Shown here: piece after piece, positions 44,659 through 54,769 of the stretch | How the letters are laid out: each line of letters starts with the position of its first letter | Position numbering within the stretch: position 1 is the first letter of the stretch | Virus record (IMG/VR): IMGVR_UViG_3300005535_000017 | Span: 82,331-146,330 of that record | Origin: a virus | Taxonomy: Duplodnaviria; Heunggongvirae; Uroviricota; Caudoviricetes | Direction: 5' to 3' (one strand) | Length of the DNA: 64,000 nucleotides | Position numbers and translations under genes: made by a program | Notes under the pieces: model-generated | What the model saw: only the letters and a program-made list of their open reading frames with translations | What the model was told of the DNA's origin: nothing | The model's database searches: none

Positions 44659-45425
44659 TGGCGACCGACTTCACTACACCATCAACACCGGACCCCACTG
44701 CATACGGGGATGAGCCGCTCGATTTCCACATTCGAGCGTACCTCGTCTTCCTGCAGGGGTTGTTCGCGCAGATGCCGATGGGGTCGTGGAAGTGGTCCCA
44801 GGACGAGAAGCTTACCGAGATCACCATTACCGATCAGGCGCCCTTTCCGCGCGATCGGCTCGAGCAGCGCCCCGCAATCATCACCATGCGCGGGCAGGCG
44901 CAGTACGCCAATCTCTCGCTCGACAACATGCGGTCTCGAGACTGGAGAACGGGAGACAAAGAGCGCACCGATCTGGTGGCCTGCACAATGTCTCTCGTTG
45001 TAGTCGCCAAGCTCGACGCTGAAGCGCAGAAGATTGCGTGGTACCTCATGCGGCATCTCCGCACCTTCAAAGAGATGCTCCAGCGGTACGGCCGCTTTCA
45101 CAAGATCGGTGACGAGATCAGTATCTCGCCAGTGTCTCCTCCTACCGGCGCTGTCATCTCCGGCGAAGGTACTCAGGAGTTCACGATGGTGACGGTGCTG
45201 AGCCCGTTCTTCTTTCAGTGGACAGAGCGCACCACGCCCACTGACATGCATCTGGCTCGCGAAATCGACGCCTACCTCTCTGCAGCACTTGCCCCGCCGG
45301 ACTCCACGGGCGTGAGGCAACAGACGGTCCTGCGTCGACCCACGGTGAGGGGAATGCCGATCGGGCAGACTCAGGTTCCGACAAACCCGGCAGAGCCACT
45401 CGCCATCATCAAGGTCGAAGAGTAA
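44658..45425 (+). CDS. hypothetical protein (255 aa), possibly neck/tail-terminator given position upstream of sheath
   Basis: Position only. Confidence 0.45.
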   Translation: MATDFTTPSTPDPTAYGDEPLDFHIRAYLVFLQGLFAQMPMGSWKWSQDEKLTEITITDQAPFPRDRLEQRPAIITMRGQAQYANLSLDNMRSRDWRTGDKERTDLVACTMSLVVVAKLDAEAQKIAWYLMRHLRTFKEMLQRYGRFHKIGDEISISPVSPPTGAVISGEGTQEFTMVTVLSPFFFQWTERTTPTDMHLAREIDAYLSAALAPPDSTGVRQQTVLRRPTVRGMPIGQTQVPTNPAEPLAIIKVEE

Positions 45426-45437
45426 GAGGAGAACGCC

Positions 45438-48400
45438 ATGGCCGCTGAGCTTCCCCGCCCCGGTGTAGAGGTCGTCCAGGAGTTCCAGAGTGCGGCGCCG
45501 ACGATTGTCCGCCCGACTCTGGTCCCCTTCGTCACCGGCCCGGCGAAGGAGATCATCGACGTCCTGAACACCGATGGTACGCTGAACGCGAATGCCAAGC
45601 AGGGGCAGTACAACCAGCTCCCGCTCTTGGTCTCGCAGTCTGCGTTCCCGTCGCCGCGTGGCAACATCGCGCAGGTCAACGTCGAGGAAGATTCGATTCA
45701 GGCCTTCTTCAACTTCGGCGGTTCGCTGCTGAAGCTGAAGAGGAACCCTGGCGAGAGCTTCCTGACCGATTGGAACAACGCATCCGCTGCGGCCATCCAG
45801 ACGCTGCCCGATCCAGTGGGCGACTTCGTGGTCGATGGCCTCACGCTCGTTCTCGCGATCGACGTGCCGGCGCGCCTCAATACCACCGAGGACGTAGCCA
45901 TCACCTTCGCTGGTGCGACCGCTGGCGCTCACCTCACTCCTGCCCAGATCGCTGCTCAGATCAACTCGGCAGTGGGTGAGACCGTGGCGACGGTAACCAC
46001 CGACAACCGCGTCCAGATCACCTCGACCAAGTTCGGCGCCATCAGCTCAGTGACCGTTCGCGCCGGCGGATCGGCGAACACCGCCCTCGGCTTCACGGTC
46101 ACGAACGAGTACCGCGTCGAGGGCTCGGGCTTCCGTGCTCAGGACCAGAGCAACAACACGGTCCTGTCGCCCTGGGTGGAGTGGAGCCGCGGCGGCTACC
46201 TGGTCAACGGAACCGCCACCACGTTCCCGGCGATCACCAGCGTCACTCCAGGGTTCGGCCTGGTGACGGCGGCGGGCACGTTCGCCAACTCGCAGGCAGC
46301 GGCCGTGACCTTCACCGGGAACGGCTCGATCCAGCTCCAGGTGGGCGACATCTTCTACGCCGACGGCACGACTCCGGTTGCCAGCGCGTTCGTCAAGAAG
46401 GTGGAGGCGAGCCGCTTCAAGATGGGCACGCTGAATGCCCGTCTCTCGATATTCGATGCTGACGGCAACGTCGTGACCCCGGTCTACGACGACGCCAACC
46501 TCAACACCATCTTCTCGTCGGTTCCCTTCGCTCCTCAGTTCGCCTGGTTCAAGGCCGAGAACCTCTCGGTCTCGTCAGTTCCCCAGGCTGCCGCGGTCAC
46601 GGGCACCATCGAAGGTACGGCCGCGACTCCGGCGGTGGTCGAGGGCACCGGCGCTCCCGCCGGTCCGTTCAACCTCACTGGTCTCACGCTGATTGTGAGT
46701 GTGACCTACAACGGCGTGGTCCAGGACGACTTCACTTTCACGTTCACCGGCGGTCCGTTCGCGGACATGACGGCCGTGGCTGCGGCAATCGGCTCCAACA
46801 TCCCGCACGTCGGCGCAGTCAACGACACCGGCAACCTGAAGCTGGCCACCCTGCTGACTGGTGCCAATCAGTCGCTGACTCTCCGCAAGACGTCGACTGC
46901 GGGAGCCACTCTGGGCTTCACCTTCGGTGGAAACGACATCACTGGCAACGGCCAAGATGTCACGTTCGTGGCGGCTGGTCCCGTGCTGCTCTCGGGCGAC
47001 AACCCGAGCTTCAGCGCGCTGCCGACGACCAATCTCGTCCTCAAGCTGTCGACCGATGCGGGGGCCACCTTCCCCACCACGAGGACGCACACCTTCGGTG
47101 CTGGCCCCTTCGCCAACATCGCGGCGGTCATCGCAGACATCACGGCTGACGGTACGTTCATGACGAACCTCACCGTCACCTCGGTCGGAACGAAGCTGAA
47201 GATCCAGTGGAACCCTGCCAGCCCGACCGACCAGAACGTGATGAAGGTCGATGCGACTTCGACTGCCCTCGGGTCGAACAAGCTGCAGTACACGTCAGGT
47301 CAGCAGGCGGCAGGTGTCGACAATCTGTCTGGTCTCACGTTCCAGCTCAAGATCAACAACCGTCCGCACGTCTACCAGGTGCTCTTCACCAGCAACTCTC
47401 TGGTGGATGCGGTCACGGCGATCAATACGATCGTGGGTTGGCCGGTGGCGAGCATCGGCGGCACCAATTCTGACGAGCTGACCATCACCTCCGACCTCAA
47501 GGGCATCGGCTCCAAGGTCGAGGTGCTGAACAACAATACGACCGCACAGGCAAACATCGCCCTCGGCTTCCCGGGTGGTGCGACTGGCGTGGGCTCTGGA
47601 CGTCCGAACCCGGACTTCTACCTCGACATCTCGGGCAACGTGAACATCGGTGCGGACATCCTCCGCAACCAGGTCACCGGCGCACCATACGATCCGGGCC
47701 AGTCCGATCTCTACATCCAGTACAAGGGCCTGCGCCTCGATGTCTCGCCAAAGTCGACTGGAAAGCCGGCTCTCATCAGCGTCTCGGACACGGCGACCCT
47801 GACCACGGTCCTCGGGCCGCTGACGCCGGACAACCCGCTCGGCCTCGGCATGTTCTTCGCCGTCATCAATGCCCCCGGCATCTTGGTGACTGGCATGGGC
47901 GTCTCGGACGCTCCGGCGGCGGCACCAGATGGCACGCTGGCGGCCTACTCCGAGGTGGCGAACTTCATCGAGGCGCAGGAAGTCTACGCCATCGCCCCGC
48001 TGACCCACGATGAGACGGTGGCCCAGATGTTCAAGGCCCACCTCCAGCTCATGGAGTCGCCGGAGCAGAAGGGCGAGCGCATCCTCTTCTTCAACCCGCT
48101 CGTCCCGAGCCGCGGCAATGACGTCGTGGTGGCATCGGGCTCCAACGGCTCGACGACCCTCACGCAGAACCAGTTCGTCACCGACGTGAACCCGACGGCG
48201 GCTCTGGTCGCCAATGGCGTCAACCCGGCGAACCCGATTCCGGTCTCTGCGGGCGTCTACCTGCAGCTCACCGTGGACGGCGAAGTCCGCAACTACAACG
48301 TCTCTGGCGTCAACGGTGTCGTGCAGACGCTCAACACGACGTTCGCCACCGGCGAGAACACCGACGGCTTCTTCACCACGACTCCGCTCACTACGCAGCT

Positions 48401-49109
48401 CGTGGCCGAAGCCTACTCGATGGAGATCCGTGGCCAGCCGCTGGTGCTGCCCGGCTCGTCCCTGCCGGACAAGGATGCGATCGCCTCGACTGTGGCGGCG
48501 AAGGCAGCGGCCTACAGGTACCGCCGCATGTTCTACGTCTTCCCCGACAAGGTGACGGCGAGCGTGAACGGCGTTCAGAGCCTGCTCGAGGCCTACCACG
48601 CCTGCGCCGGCATCGCCGGCATGTGCGCGAGCTTCCCGCCACAGCAGGGCTTCACCAACATGCCCATGGTCGGCTACAACGGCGTCCAGGGCTCGCAGGA
48701 CACTTTCTCGCAGCGGCAGCAGAACGTCATCGCCGCGGGTGGCGTCTACATCCTCGTTCAGGATGTGGCTGGAGCGCCAGTCATCTCCCGCATGCAGTGC
48801 TCGACGGACACCACGTCGGTCGAGAAGCGGGAGCTGTCGATCACGAAGATCGTGGACTTCACCGCCAAGTTCCTCCGGGCGGGTCTCCGCAACTTCATCG
48901 GCACGTTCAACATCACGCAACCATTCCTGGATACCGTCTCGACGGTCATCCACGGCATGCTCAAGTTCCTCGAGGAGAACGGGGTCCTCATCTCGGGCGA
49001 TCTGAACAACATCATTCAGTCGACCGACCAGCCGGATACCGTGCTGGTGGACATCACCCTCGATGTCCCCTTCCCCTGCAACTACATTCGCTTGACGCTG
49101 GTCATCTGA
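45438..49109 (+). CDS. putative tail sheath protein with large repetitive insertion domains
   Basis: 1223 aa. Strong RBS AGGAGAA. T/G/A/V/N-rich beta-type repeats in the middle. Conserved-looking N- and C-terminal regions. Followed directly by a tube-like gene. Confidence 0.45.
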   Translation: MAAELPRPGVEVVQEFQSAAPTIVRPTLVPFVTGPAKEIIDVLNTDGTLNANAKQGQYNQLPLLVSQSAFPSPRGNIAQVNVEEDSIQAFFNFGGSLLKLKRNPGESFLTDWNNASAAAIQTLPDPVGDFVVDGLTLVLAIDVPARLNTTEDVAITFAGATAGAHLTPAQIAAQINSAVGETVATVTTDNRVQITSTKFGAISSVTVRAGGSANTALGFTVTNEYRVEGSGFRAQDQSNNTVLSPWVEWSRGGYLVNGTATTFPAITSVTPGFGLVTAAGTFANSQAAAVTFTGNGSIQLQVGDIFYADGTTPVASAFVKKVEASRFKMGTLNARLSIFDADGNVVTPVYDDANLNTIFSSVPFAPQFAWFKAENLSVSSVPQAAAVTGTIEGTAATPAVVEGTGAPAGPFNLTGLTLIVSVTYNGVVQDDFTFTFTGGPFADMTAVAAAIGSNIPHVGAVNDTGNLKLATLLTGANQSLTLRKTSTAGATLGFTFGGNDITGNGQDVTFVAAGPVLLSGDNPSFSALPTTNLVLKLSTDAGATFPTTRTHTFGAGPFANIAAVIADITADGTFMTNLTVTSVGTKLKIQWNPASPTDQNVMKVDATSTALGSNKLQYTSGQQAAGVDNLSGLTFQLKINNRPHVYQVLFTSNSLVDAVTAINTIVGWPVASIGGTNSDELTITSDLKGIGSKVEVLNNNTTAQANIALGFPGGATGVGSGRPNPDFYLDISGNVNIGADILRNQVTGAPYDPGQSDLYIQYKGLRLDVSPKSTGKPALISVSDTATLTTVLGPLTPDNPLGLGMFFAVINAPGILVTGMGVSDAPAAAPDGTLAAYSEVANFIEAQEVYAIAPLTHDETVAQMFKAHLQLMESPEQKGERILFFNPLVPSRGNDVVVASGSNGSTTLTQNQFVTDVNPTAALVANGVNPANPIPVSAGVYLQLTVDGEVRNYNVSGVNGVVQTLNTTFATGENTDGFFTTTPLTTQLVAEAYSMEIRGQPLVLPGSSLPDKDAIASTVAAKAAAYRYRRMFYVFPDKVTASVNGVQSLLEAYHACAGIAGMCASFPPQQGFTNMPMVGYNGVQGSQDTFSQRQQNVIAAGGVYILVQDVAGAPVISRMQCSTDTTSVEKRELSITKIVDFTAKFLRAGLRNFIGTFNITQPFLDTVSTVIHGMLKFLEENGVLISGDLNNIIQSTDQPDTVLVDITLDVPFPCNYIRLTLVI

Positions 49110-49159
49110 CCCGAGTCGAGGGACAATAGGCCTGACGAGGACCCAAAGGGAGACGCAAG

Positions 49160-49876
49160 ATGGCGCAGCTCACCGAGTGGCAACCATATCAGCGGTACGT
49201 TCAGGGTGGCCTGGTCGATGGCCAGTTCCTGAGCGCCGCCTTCACGCTCCTCGCCGCTGGTCCTCCGCGTCTGGCGAACGTCGGCGGAGCGGCTGGTGTT
49301 GCCGCCACTCTCGGCACCACCGGAGCGAACAACTTCGCCATGCCGATCGGCGTGGTGCAGAACATGAGCCTCGGCCACAACCGGAACTTCAACCGGTTCT
49401 GGGAGCTCGGGTCGGAGCGGTCCTACTTCATCTCGGGACGCACCGTCGGACAGCTCGCGCTGAGCCGCATCATGTACCACGGGCCTTCGCTCTTGCGAAT
49501 GCTCTACGCCTACTACCAGGACCTGCTGCCTCCGACGATCGTGCCCTTCGTTTTCAACAACGTGGGCCCGGCGACAGTGGCCAATCCGCACAACGTCAAG
49601 ATCCCGCCGGGCTACGAGAACATCTTCTTGAACCTGGCGTCAGATCTCTTCTCGCAGCCGGTGGGCCTCCTGGCCTACTTCCGCGATTCGAACGAGGACA
49701 CTGTCGGCGCGATCTACCTCGAGAGCGCCTACGTTCCCTCGCATCAGATCGCGACCGACGCGGGCGGCGTGGTGATCCAGGAGCAGGCTTCCATGCAGTT
49801 CGAGCGCGCGGTGCCCGTTGCCGTCGCCTCGCTGGCGCTCATCACCGGCGCCTTCAATCCGGCCACGGGCTTCTGA
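49160..49876 (+). CDS. putative tail tube protein
   Basis: 238 aa. AAGGGAGA RBS. Immediately downstream of the sheath-like gene. Assignment by synteny only. Confidence 0.4.
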   Translation: MAQLTEWQPYQRYVQGGLVDGQFLSAAFTLLAAGPPRLANVGGAAGVAATLGTTGANNFAMPIGVVQNMSLGHNRNFNRFWELGSERSYFISGRTVGQLALSRIMYHGPSLLRMLYAYYQDLLPPTIVPFVFNNVGPATVANPHNVKIPPGYENIFLNLASDLFSQPVGLLAYFRDSNEDTVGAIYLESAYVPSHQIATDAGGVVIQEQASMQFERAVPVAVASLALITGAFNPATGF

Positions 49877-49894
49877 TCGTCGGAGGGCTGACCG

Positions 49895-50959
49895 ATGGAT
49901 CGCGAACTCGCTGAGGCTGTCTTCTCGCGCTGGGAGCAAGGACTCCCAGTGTATGAAGGCACGCTCTACAAGGCGGCTGCAGCGCTGGGGGCGGATCCGT
50001 CCGCAGTCCTCACCGAGGCCCGCTTCTACCACCACCTCGATCGCGCTCTCGAGCGTGGTACGGGCTTCACGGCACCAGAGAGAGACTACTTCTCGGTGGC
50101 GTGTGGCTACGACCCAACCGAGATGGAGAAGACCGCAGAGGCCTACGGACTCGACTCGTCCGACGGTATGATCATGCGGGCTCTCACGCGTCGTCACTTC
50201 CAACCGGATCTGGAGAAGCTCGCCTTCCTCGGCATGCAGGGCGGCCCGACCGATGGCGGTCCTGCTGCGGCTACAGAGCCGATGCCGATGGAGGGTGGCG
50301 AGGAGATGGGACAGCCAGCAGCTCCTGTCCCTGGCGCCCAGCTCCAACAGAACCCTGGTGTTCGTCCGAGCCCGACCTCGCCCACGCAGGTTCCTGCCAG
50401 TGAAGGAGGAAACCTCGCAGATCTTCTGGGTGCGGCTGGAGAGACGCCAGGAGCCGAGCAGAACGGCGGGTTGCCTCCTGCTGGTGCTGGCGCCGATGGA
50501 GCACCGCCGCAGCCTCCGACCGCTGCAGAGCGTCTTCAACAGGCGATGCCGGGCATTCCGCCGGACGCCGTCGAGCGCTATGGGCCGAAGCTGGAGGAGT
50601 TCGAACAGCAGATCGGCATGACGGTGAACGATCCGAAGCAGGTGGAGAAGTTCATCAAGGAAATGCAGAAGTCCGAGAAGAAGCTCGTCGACGAGGCCAT
50701 GAAGCAGTACGCAGAGCAGCAGGCCGAAGCGATGGGCGTTGGAACCGGACCCGCGTGGGACGAAACTGCACCCATCCCGAACGGGTCTGGAGGCTCGCCT
50801 CAGAACATGATGGCGGCCGCAAAGTCAGGGCGTGGGGGTGGAGGCTCCGCCCCGCCACCGAAAGCAGGTGCCGGCGGTCCGCAGCCACCAGCCGGCCCAG
50901 ACGCTATGGCCAAGGCGGCTGCAGCGGGGGCGGCTCTTGCGCGGCGTCTTCGCAGGTAG
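49895..50959 (+). CDS. hypothetical Pro/Gly/Ala-rich protein (354 aa)
   Basis: GGAGGG RBS. Long P/A/G low-complexity centre. Possible tail assembly or tape-measure-associated protein. Confidence 0.45.
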   Translation: MDRELAEAVFSRWEQGLPVYEGTLYKAAAALGADPSAVLTEARFYHHLDRALERGTGFTAPERDYFSVACGYDPTEMEKTAEAYGLDSSDGMIMRALTRRHFQPDLEKLAFLGMQGGPTDGGPAAATEPMPMEGGEEMGQPAAPVPGAQLQQNPGVRPSPTSPTQVPASEGGNLADLLGAAGETPGAEQNGGLPPAGAGADGAPPQPPTAAERLQQAMPGIPPDAVERYGPKLEEFEQQIGMTVNDPKQVEKFIKEMQKSEKKLVDEAMKQYAEQQAEAMGVGTGPAWDETAPIPNGSGGSPQNMMAAAKSGRGGGGSAPPPKAGAGGPQPPAGPDAMAKAAAAGAALARRLRR

Positions 50960-51177
50960 TCTCTCCGCGGCGGTAGGCCTCCAGCCCGGAGAGATGGCGC
51001 CTCGTCCGGCCAGCCCGTCGGACGAGGCCCCTCTTTTGCAGAGGGAAGCAGGTAAGGAAGGTGCAGGGATGCCTACCCAGCAGAGCAGTGTGAAGGACGA
51101 GGAGGCGGTGTCGGAGCTGGTGTCCTACGTGGAAAGCGTTCACCGGCGCGTCAAGGAACGCAGGCAGAAGGTGAAGG

Positions 51178-51729
51178 ATGGCCCCGACGAGCAACGAGCA
51201 GTTCATGGAGCTGGTCTACGCGAGCAAGCTACTCGCAAAGACCATTGATGAGGTAGACGAGAAGCTCGCCAACGCCATCGACAAGATCGAAGGTCATCAA
51301 GAGCAGCTCGCAATCCTCAAAGACCTCGTCTCCACTGTCGACAAGAAGCTCGAGCTCCTTCCACTAGTCCTCGCTGGGAAGCTGGAAGACCTGGTCGATA
51401 AACGCGCTCGCCAGGCGTTCGAAGACATCCGCACTACTCTCGACGAGCTCCGCAACAAGCTCTACGCCATCAGGAAGGAGCAGAAGCAGATCCGCGAGCA
51501 AACGGGTCAGCACCTGCTTCCTCCTAAGCCTGCGGTTGAGAAACCGGATGATGAAGTGCTGTCTGTGCGGAAGGGCAAGTTCCGGTTCGATCTTCCTTGG
51601 GATGAGAAGACGAACAAGGTAATCAGAACCATCATCTACGCTCTGCTGAGCGTGGCGGGTGTTGGAACGGCGACAGGGGGTATCTGGGCGCTGGTCGATC
51701 GCCTGAAGCATCTCTTCCATGGGGGATAG
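51178..51729 (+). CDS. coiled-coil protein with C-terminal transmembrane anchor (183 aa)
   Basis: Heptad-like helix (KLANAIDKIEGHQEQLAILKDLVSTVDKKLELL). C-terminal TM IIYALLSVAGVGTATGGIWALV. An alternative small ORF 51070-51248 in another frame has a better RBS. Confidence 0.45.
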   Translation: MAPTSNEQFMELVYASKLLAKTIDEVDEKLANAIDKIEGHQEQLAILKDLVSTVDKKLELLPLVLAGKLEDLVDKRARQAFEDIRTTLDELRNKLYAIRKEQKQIREQTGQHLLPPKPAVEKPDDEVLSVRKGKFRFDLPWDEKTNKVIRTIIYALLSVAGVGTATGGIWALVDRLKHLFHGG

Positions 51730-51731
51730 AT

Positions 51732-52034
51732 GTGGATCCAGTGCTCCTCATCGGCCTCCTCCTCGCTGGATGCGTCATTGCCGCACTTGTCGTGACCTGG
51801 AAGCTCGATAGTACAGTCCGAGAAGTCTCCGCCCATGTGACTTTCCTGCTGGCGAAGGTCGAGGGGCAGGACCAACATGTCGGCTGCAACGCCGACAACT
51901 TCCGCAAGCTCCTCAGCCCGATTCATCAGCTCGCAGAAGACGTCGCCGAGCTTGATGAAGATCTCCTTCGCCTGCAGAAGCTCTTCGAAGAGCTAAAAAA
52001 GCGGATAGACCAGTTAGGCCCATCCGCTCCGTAG
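51732..52034 (+). CDS. small N-terminal-TM coiled-coil protein (100 aa)
   Basis: TM LLIGLLLAGCVIAALVV, then a coiled coil. Its stop abuts the stop of the convergent gene at 52035. Confidence 0.45.
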   Translation: MDPVLLIGLLLAGCVIAALVVTWKLDSTVREVSAHVTFLLAKVEGQDQHVGCNADNFRKLLSPIHQLAEDVAELDEDLLRLQKLFEELKKRIDQLGPSAP

Positions 52035-53630
52035 TTACTCGGTTGCGGGGTAGATGCACATCACGAAGTCGCCGGGATGGCTGTCGATCTTGACCGTCTG
52101 TATGTTGCCATCGTTGAACTGCAGGAGGTCCTGGTAGCGGCCTTCGGGGTCGTTGGTCGGCTGCTGCTCTCCATTCACATTCTGCACTTTGATGAGGACG
52201 GCGTAGAAGGTGATTCCGTCGAGATAGACGACACCGTGGAAGTTGTCCTCGCCCTCCATCGGATGCAGCTCTCCGAAGCGGAAGCCGCCCGCGGTCGGGA
52301 GATGCCGGCGATGGAAGTTGGCCTGCCGGTCGTGCCCGACGCTGGTGCTGTTCAGGTACTGCAGGTAGCCAGGCGACTCGGACCGCTTGAGCTCGTCGAG
52401 CTGCTCGAGCAGGCCGCGTTGGCGAGACTTCAGCCGCAGCGCCTCCTCCTTAGGATGGTCTTGGAAGTTCATCTCATTGAGCTGTCCGATGAGGGCCATT
52501 GCAGCTCGGGCGAGCCCAGTGATTGCGGCTTCTTGTAGTCGATGCTTGCCGAGATCGAGCTCCGACAACTCCTTGGAGATGGGGCACATCAACTTGCCTC
52601 GAGGAAAGCCGTTCTCGTCGGTGACGACACTGTCGAGAACCTTGTCGGGTTCGAAATTGGAGCGCTTCATCTCCTCTTCGCTGAAGAGACAGGGAACAGC
52701 CGTGATCTTCTTTCTGGTGCTCGTCTCGTTCTGAGAGTACTGACGCTTGAGTGGGCGAAGGTCTTCGGCGAAGCCCGGCGTCTTGGCCGCCTTGCGGAAC
52801 CCGTTGCGGTCTGGGTCGTGGTCTGGGTGAGGGCAGGTCATGGTGTCTCCGTTCTTCTCTGCAGCGCTCATGTAGTACCTCGCTTGTGGGAATGCGTCGT
52901 CGAATTGCTTGAGGAGACGAGTCGCCTGCTCGATCGGTCTACGCTTCCTCTCCTCTTCCATCGCCGCATAGGTGTTGTCGAGCACCTGGATGAAGAGCGC
53001 GGCTTTGCCCTCTTCGATGTAGACCTCGAAGTCTTCTTGATCCGGCTCGTCTGAGACGTGGAAGCCAGCGCCGTGCATGGCGCGCCACACCTCGTTGTTG
53101 GCCCCGCGATAGCCGATCCAAGTATAGGCGTCGTCATTCTTGGGCAGGCCGTGCCCGCAGCCGCACTCTCGTCGGTGAGCGAGCTCGGCGTCGATCGACC
53201 CTTGGAATCGATAGTGGCCGCAGTCTGAGCACATGTCGATGTGCATGCCGCAGGGAATGCCGAGGACAGCCTCGTTGTGCGGGTTATCCCCGCCTTCGTG
53301 GCGATTGTCCATGTGGAGCCAGCCGACACTGCCGCATTCGCAGAGCTCGAAGGATTGGGAAAGCTCATCCTTCCTGCAACGCCAGAAGAACTTCGGCCTG
53401 CCACCGAGGTGTCGAGTGACTCTTTGAAGAGCCATGCTGTCACCACAGACGTTGCAACTGGGGCGAGGAACAGCGACGGTGGCATTGCACTCATCACACT
53501 TGAGCGCGGTGACCTGGCAGTAACCACCACCCATCAAAACCGTATACGATGAGTAGTGCTTCATGGGTCCGTGTCGACGGCACACGGGTCCATCCTTGGC
53601 GGGCATGAAAGCCCGCTGCTCCTCAACCAT
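52035..53630 (-). CDS. hypothetical Cys-rich protein with N-terminal zinc-ribbon-like motifs (531 aa)
   Basis: C..C pairs CDEC, CNVC, CECG, CSDCGH, CGCGH. Last gene of the minus-strand block. Confidence 0.55.
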   Translation of the reverse strand: MVEEQRAFMPAKDGPVCRRHGPMKHYSSYTVLMGGGYCQVTALKCDECNATVAVPRPSCNVCGDSMALQRVTRHLGGRPKFFWRCRKDELSQSFELCECGSVGWLHMDNRHEGGDNPHNEAVLGIPCGMHIDMCSDCGHYRFQGSIDAELAHRRECGCGHGLPKNDDAYTWIGYRGANNEVWRAMHGAGFHVSDEPDQEDFEVYIEEGKAALFIQVLDNTYAAMEEERKRRPIEQATRLLKQFDDAFPQARYYMSAAEKNGDTMTCPHPDHDPDRNGFRKAAKTPGFAEDLRPLKRQYSQNETSTRKKITAVPCLFSEEEMKRSNFEPDKVLDSVVTDENGFPRGKLMCPISKELSELDLGKHRLQEAAITGLARAAMALIGQLNEMNFQDHPKEEALRLKSRQRGLLEQLDELKRSESPGYLQYLNSTSVGHDRQANFHRRHLPTAGGFRFGELHPMEGEDNFHGVVYLDGITFYAVLIKVQNVNGEQQPTNDPEGRYQDLLQFNDGNIQTVKIDSHPGDFVMCIYPATE

Positions 53631-53644
53631 GTTGTCCTCCTGAT

Positions 53645-54007
53645 TTAGGCGGCGGGTGCTACGCAGTACTTCTCGACGAAGGGCATGACCTGAGATACGA
53701 ACGGCTTCTGCACATAGCCGTCTGCGCTCTTGTTGCTGACGAGATCGACTGAGCCGGTGAAGACGATTACGGGGATGGCTTTGAGGCGGGGATCGATGTC
53801 GCGGAAGATCAGGAACTCTTCTCCGTTCATCACCGGCATCGAGTAGTCGAGAAGGATGAGCTCTGGTCTCTCGTTCTCGTCATCGGTGAGATAGGCCAGG
53901 GCGTCTCTTCCATTCTGTTCGCCCCATGCCTCGTAGCCAGAACTGCGGAGCATGTCGATCAGGACCTGGCGGACGGAGTCGTCATCATCAACGACCAGGA
54001 TCATCAC
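53645..54007 (-). CDS. stand-alone response-regulator receiver (CheY-like REC) domain protein
   Basis: 120 aa. ILVVDDDDSVR (acidic pocket), LILLDYSMPVMNG (phospho-acceptor Asp), VIVFTG (Thr/Ser), YVQKPF (Lys). No output domain. Confidence 0.8.
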   Translation of the reverse strand: MMILVVDDDDSVRQVLIDMLRSSGYEAWGEQNGRDALAYLTDDENERPELILLDYSMPVMNGEEFLIFRDIDPRLKAIPVIVFTGSVDLVSNKSADGYVQKPFVSQVMPFVEKYCVAPAA

Positions 54008-54072
54008 GTACCCCCAGTAGGGATGTTGCGCTAGTCAAAGACTGTATCACGTCGGTTTTCGCGTGTCGACGA

Positions 54073-54507
54073 TTACCCTATTTTCGCCTCCGGCAGCCAA
54101 GTGTTCCGTGACCACAGGTAGTTGCGGTACTCGGTCAAACTCTGCACTGGTCGCTGAACGCTTGGTGACACTGGGATCATTGGTGGCCGGAGATGGCGCT
54201 TCCACCGCTTGAAGTCCCGGACTCGCTTCCTGATGTAGCCTCGCAGCGTCTTGGACCAGCAGACGTCGCACCAGCCGCGGTCCGGCGTGTAGCCGCGTCC
54301 CATGTCCTCGTACTCGGCTTCGCCGATGAGGTGCTTCATCTCGTCGCAGTCATCGCAGCCCCTGCACCAGGGAGTGCGGCGAGATCCTCGATGATGGGAG
54401 CTGATGCAGATGAAAGTGAGGCAGGGTACTTCGTGTCTGCAGCCGCGTGCGCGGATGCGGTTCTCAGTTAGCTCAACGCCGTACACGTCCCTTCCTGGTA
54501 GCAACAC
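54073..54507 (-). CDS. hypothetical Cys/His-rich protein (144 aa)
   Basis: CRHEVPC, HH, CRGCDDCDE, CDVC. Possibly a zinc-finger or HNH-like nuclease. Unresolved. Confidence 0.45.
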   Translation of the reverse strand: MLLPGRDVYGVELTENRIRARGCRHEVPCLTFICISSHHRGSRRTPWCRGCDDCDEMKHLIGEAEYEDMGRGYTPDRGWCDVCWSKTLRGYIRKRVRDFKRWKRHLRPPMIPVSPSVQRPVQSLTEYRNYLWSRNTWLPEAKIG

Positions 54508-54736
54508 GTTTCACCCCCTTGGCTGCGACACGCTTGCGAATGAGGATGTAGCGGCACGTCGGTCCGCGGCTCGGCTCCGTCGTGATGACGTAGCCGTCTT
54601 TCCGCAGGTCGTAGATCCTCGCCGGGGATCGCCTCCCGCACTTCTTGATCAACGCCTGCACAGGCACTCCTTTTGCTCCGCCCTTCTCGAGCAGAGACAA
54701 AACAGAGGCCTTCTTGGACAACGTATCTTTGCTCAT
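54473..54736 (-). CDS. small basic protein, possible winged-helix DNA-binding protein (87 aa)
   Basis: LSLLEKGGAKGVPVQALIKKCG...IYDLRKDGYVI pattern with an Arg/Lys-rich tail. Confidence 0.4.
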   Translation of the reverse strand: MSKDTLSKKASVLSLLEKGGAKGVPVQALIKKCGRRSPARIYDLRKDGYVITTEPSRGPTCRYILIRKRVAAKGVKRVATRKGRVRR

Positions 54737-54769
54737 CCTCCACTCCCTCTTATCTCACGATGATGGTCA

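Noticed and set aside
49177-49914. 245-aa ORF overlapping the tail-tube gene in another frame
   Set aside because: Arg/Pro-rich shadow frame of 49160-49876. The tube frame has the strong RBS and protein-like composition.
50832-51248. Possible +1 programmed frameshift joining 49895-50959 to the 50832-51248 frame (tail-chaperone-like arrangement)
   Set aside because: No slippery heptamer seen in the 50832-50959 overlap. It would require a rare +1 shift. The downstream frame has its own good RBS and ATG at 51070, so independent initiation is simpler.
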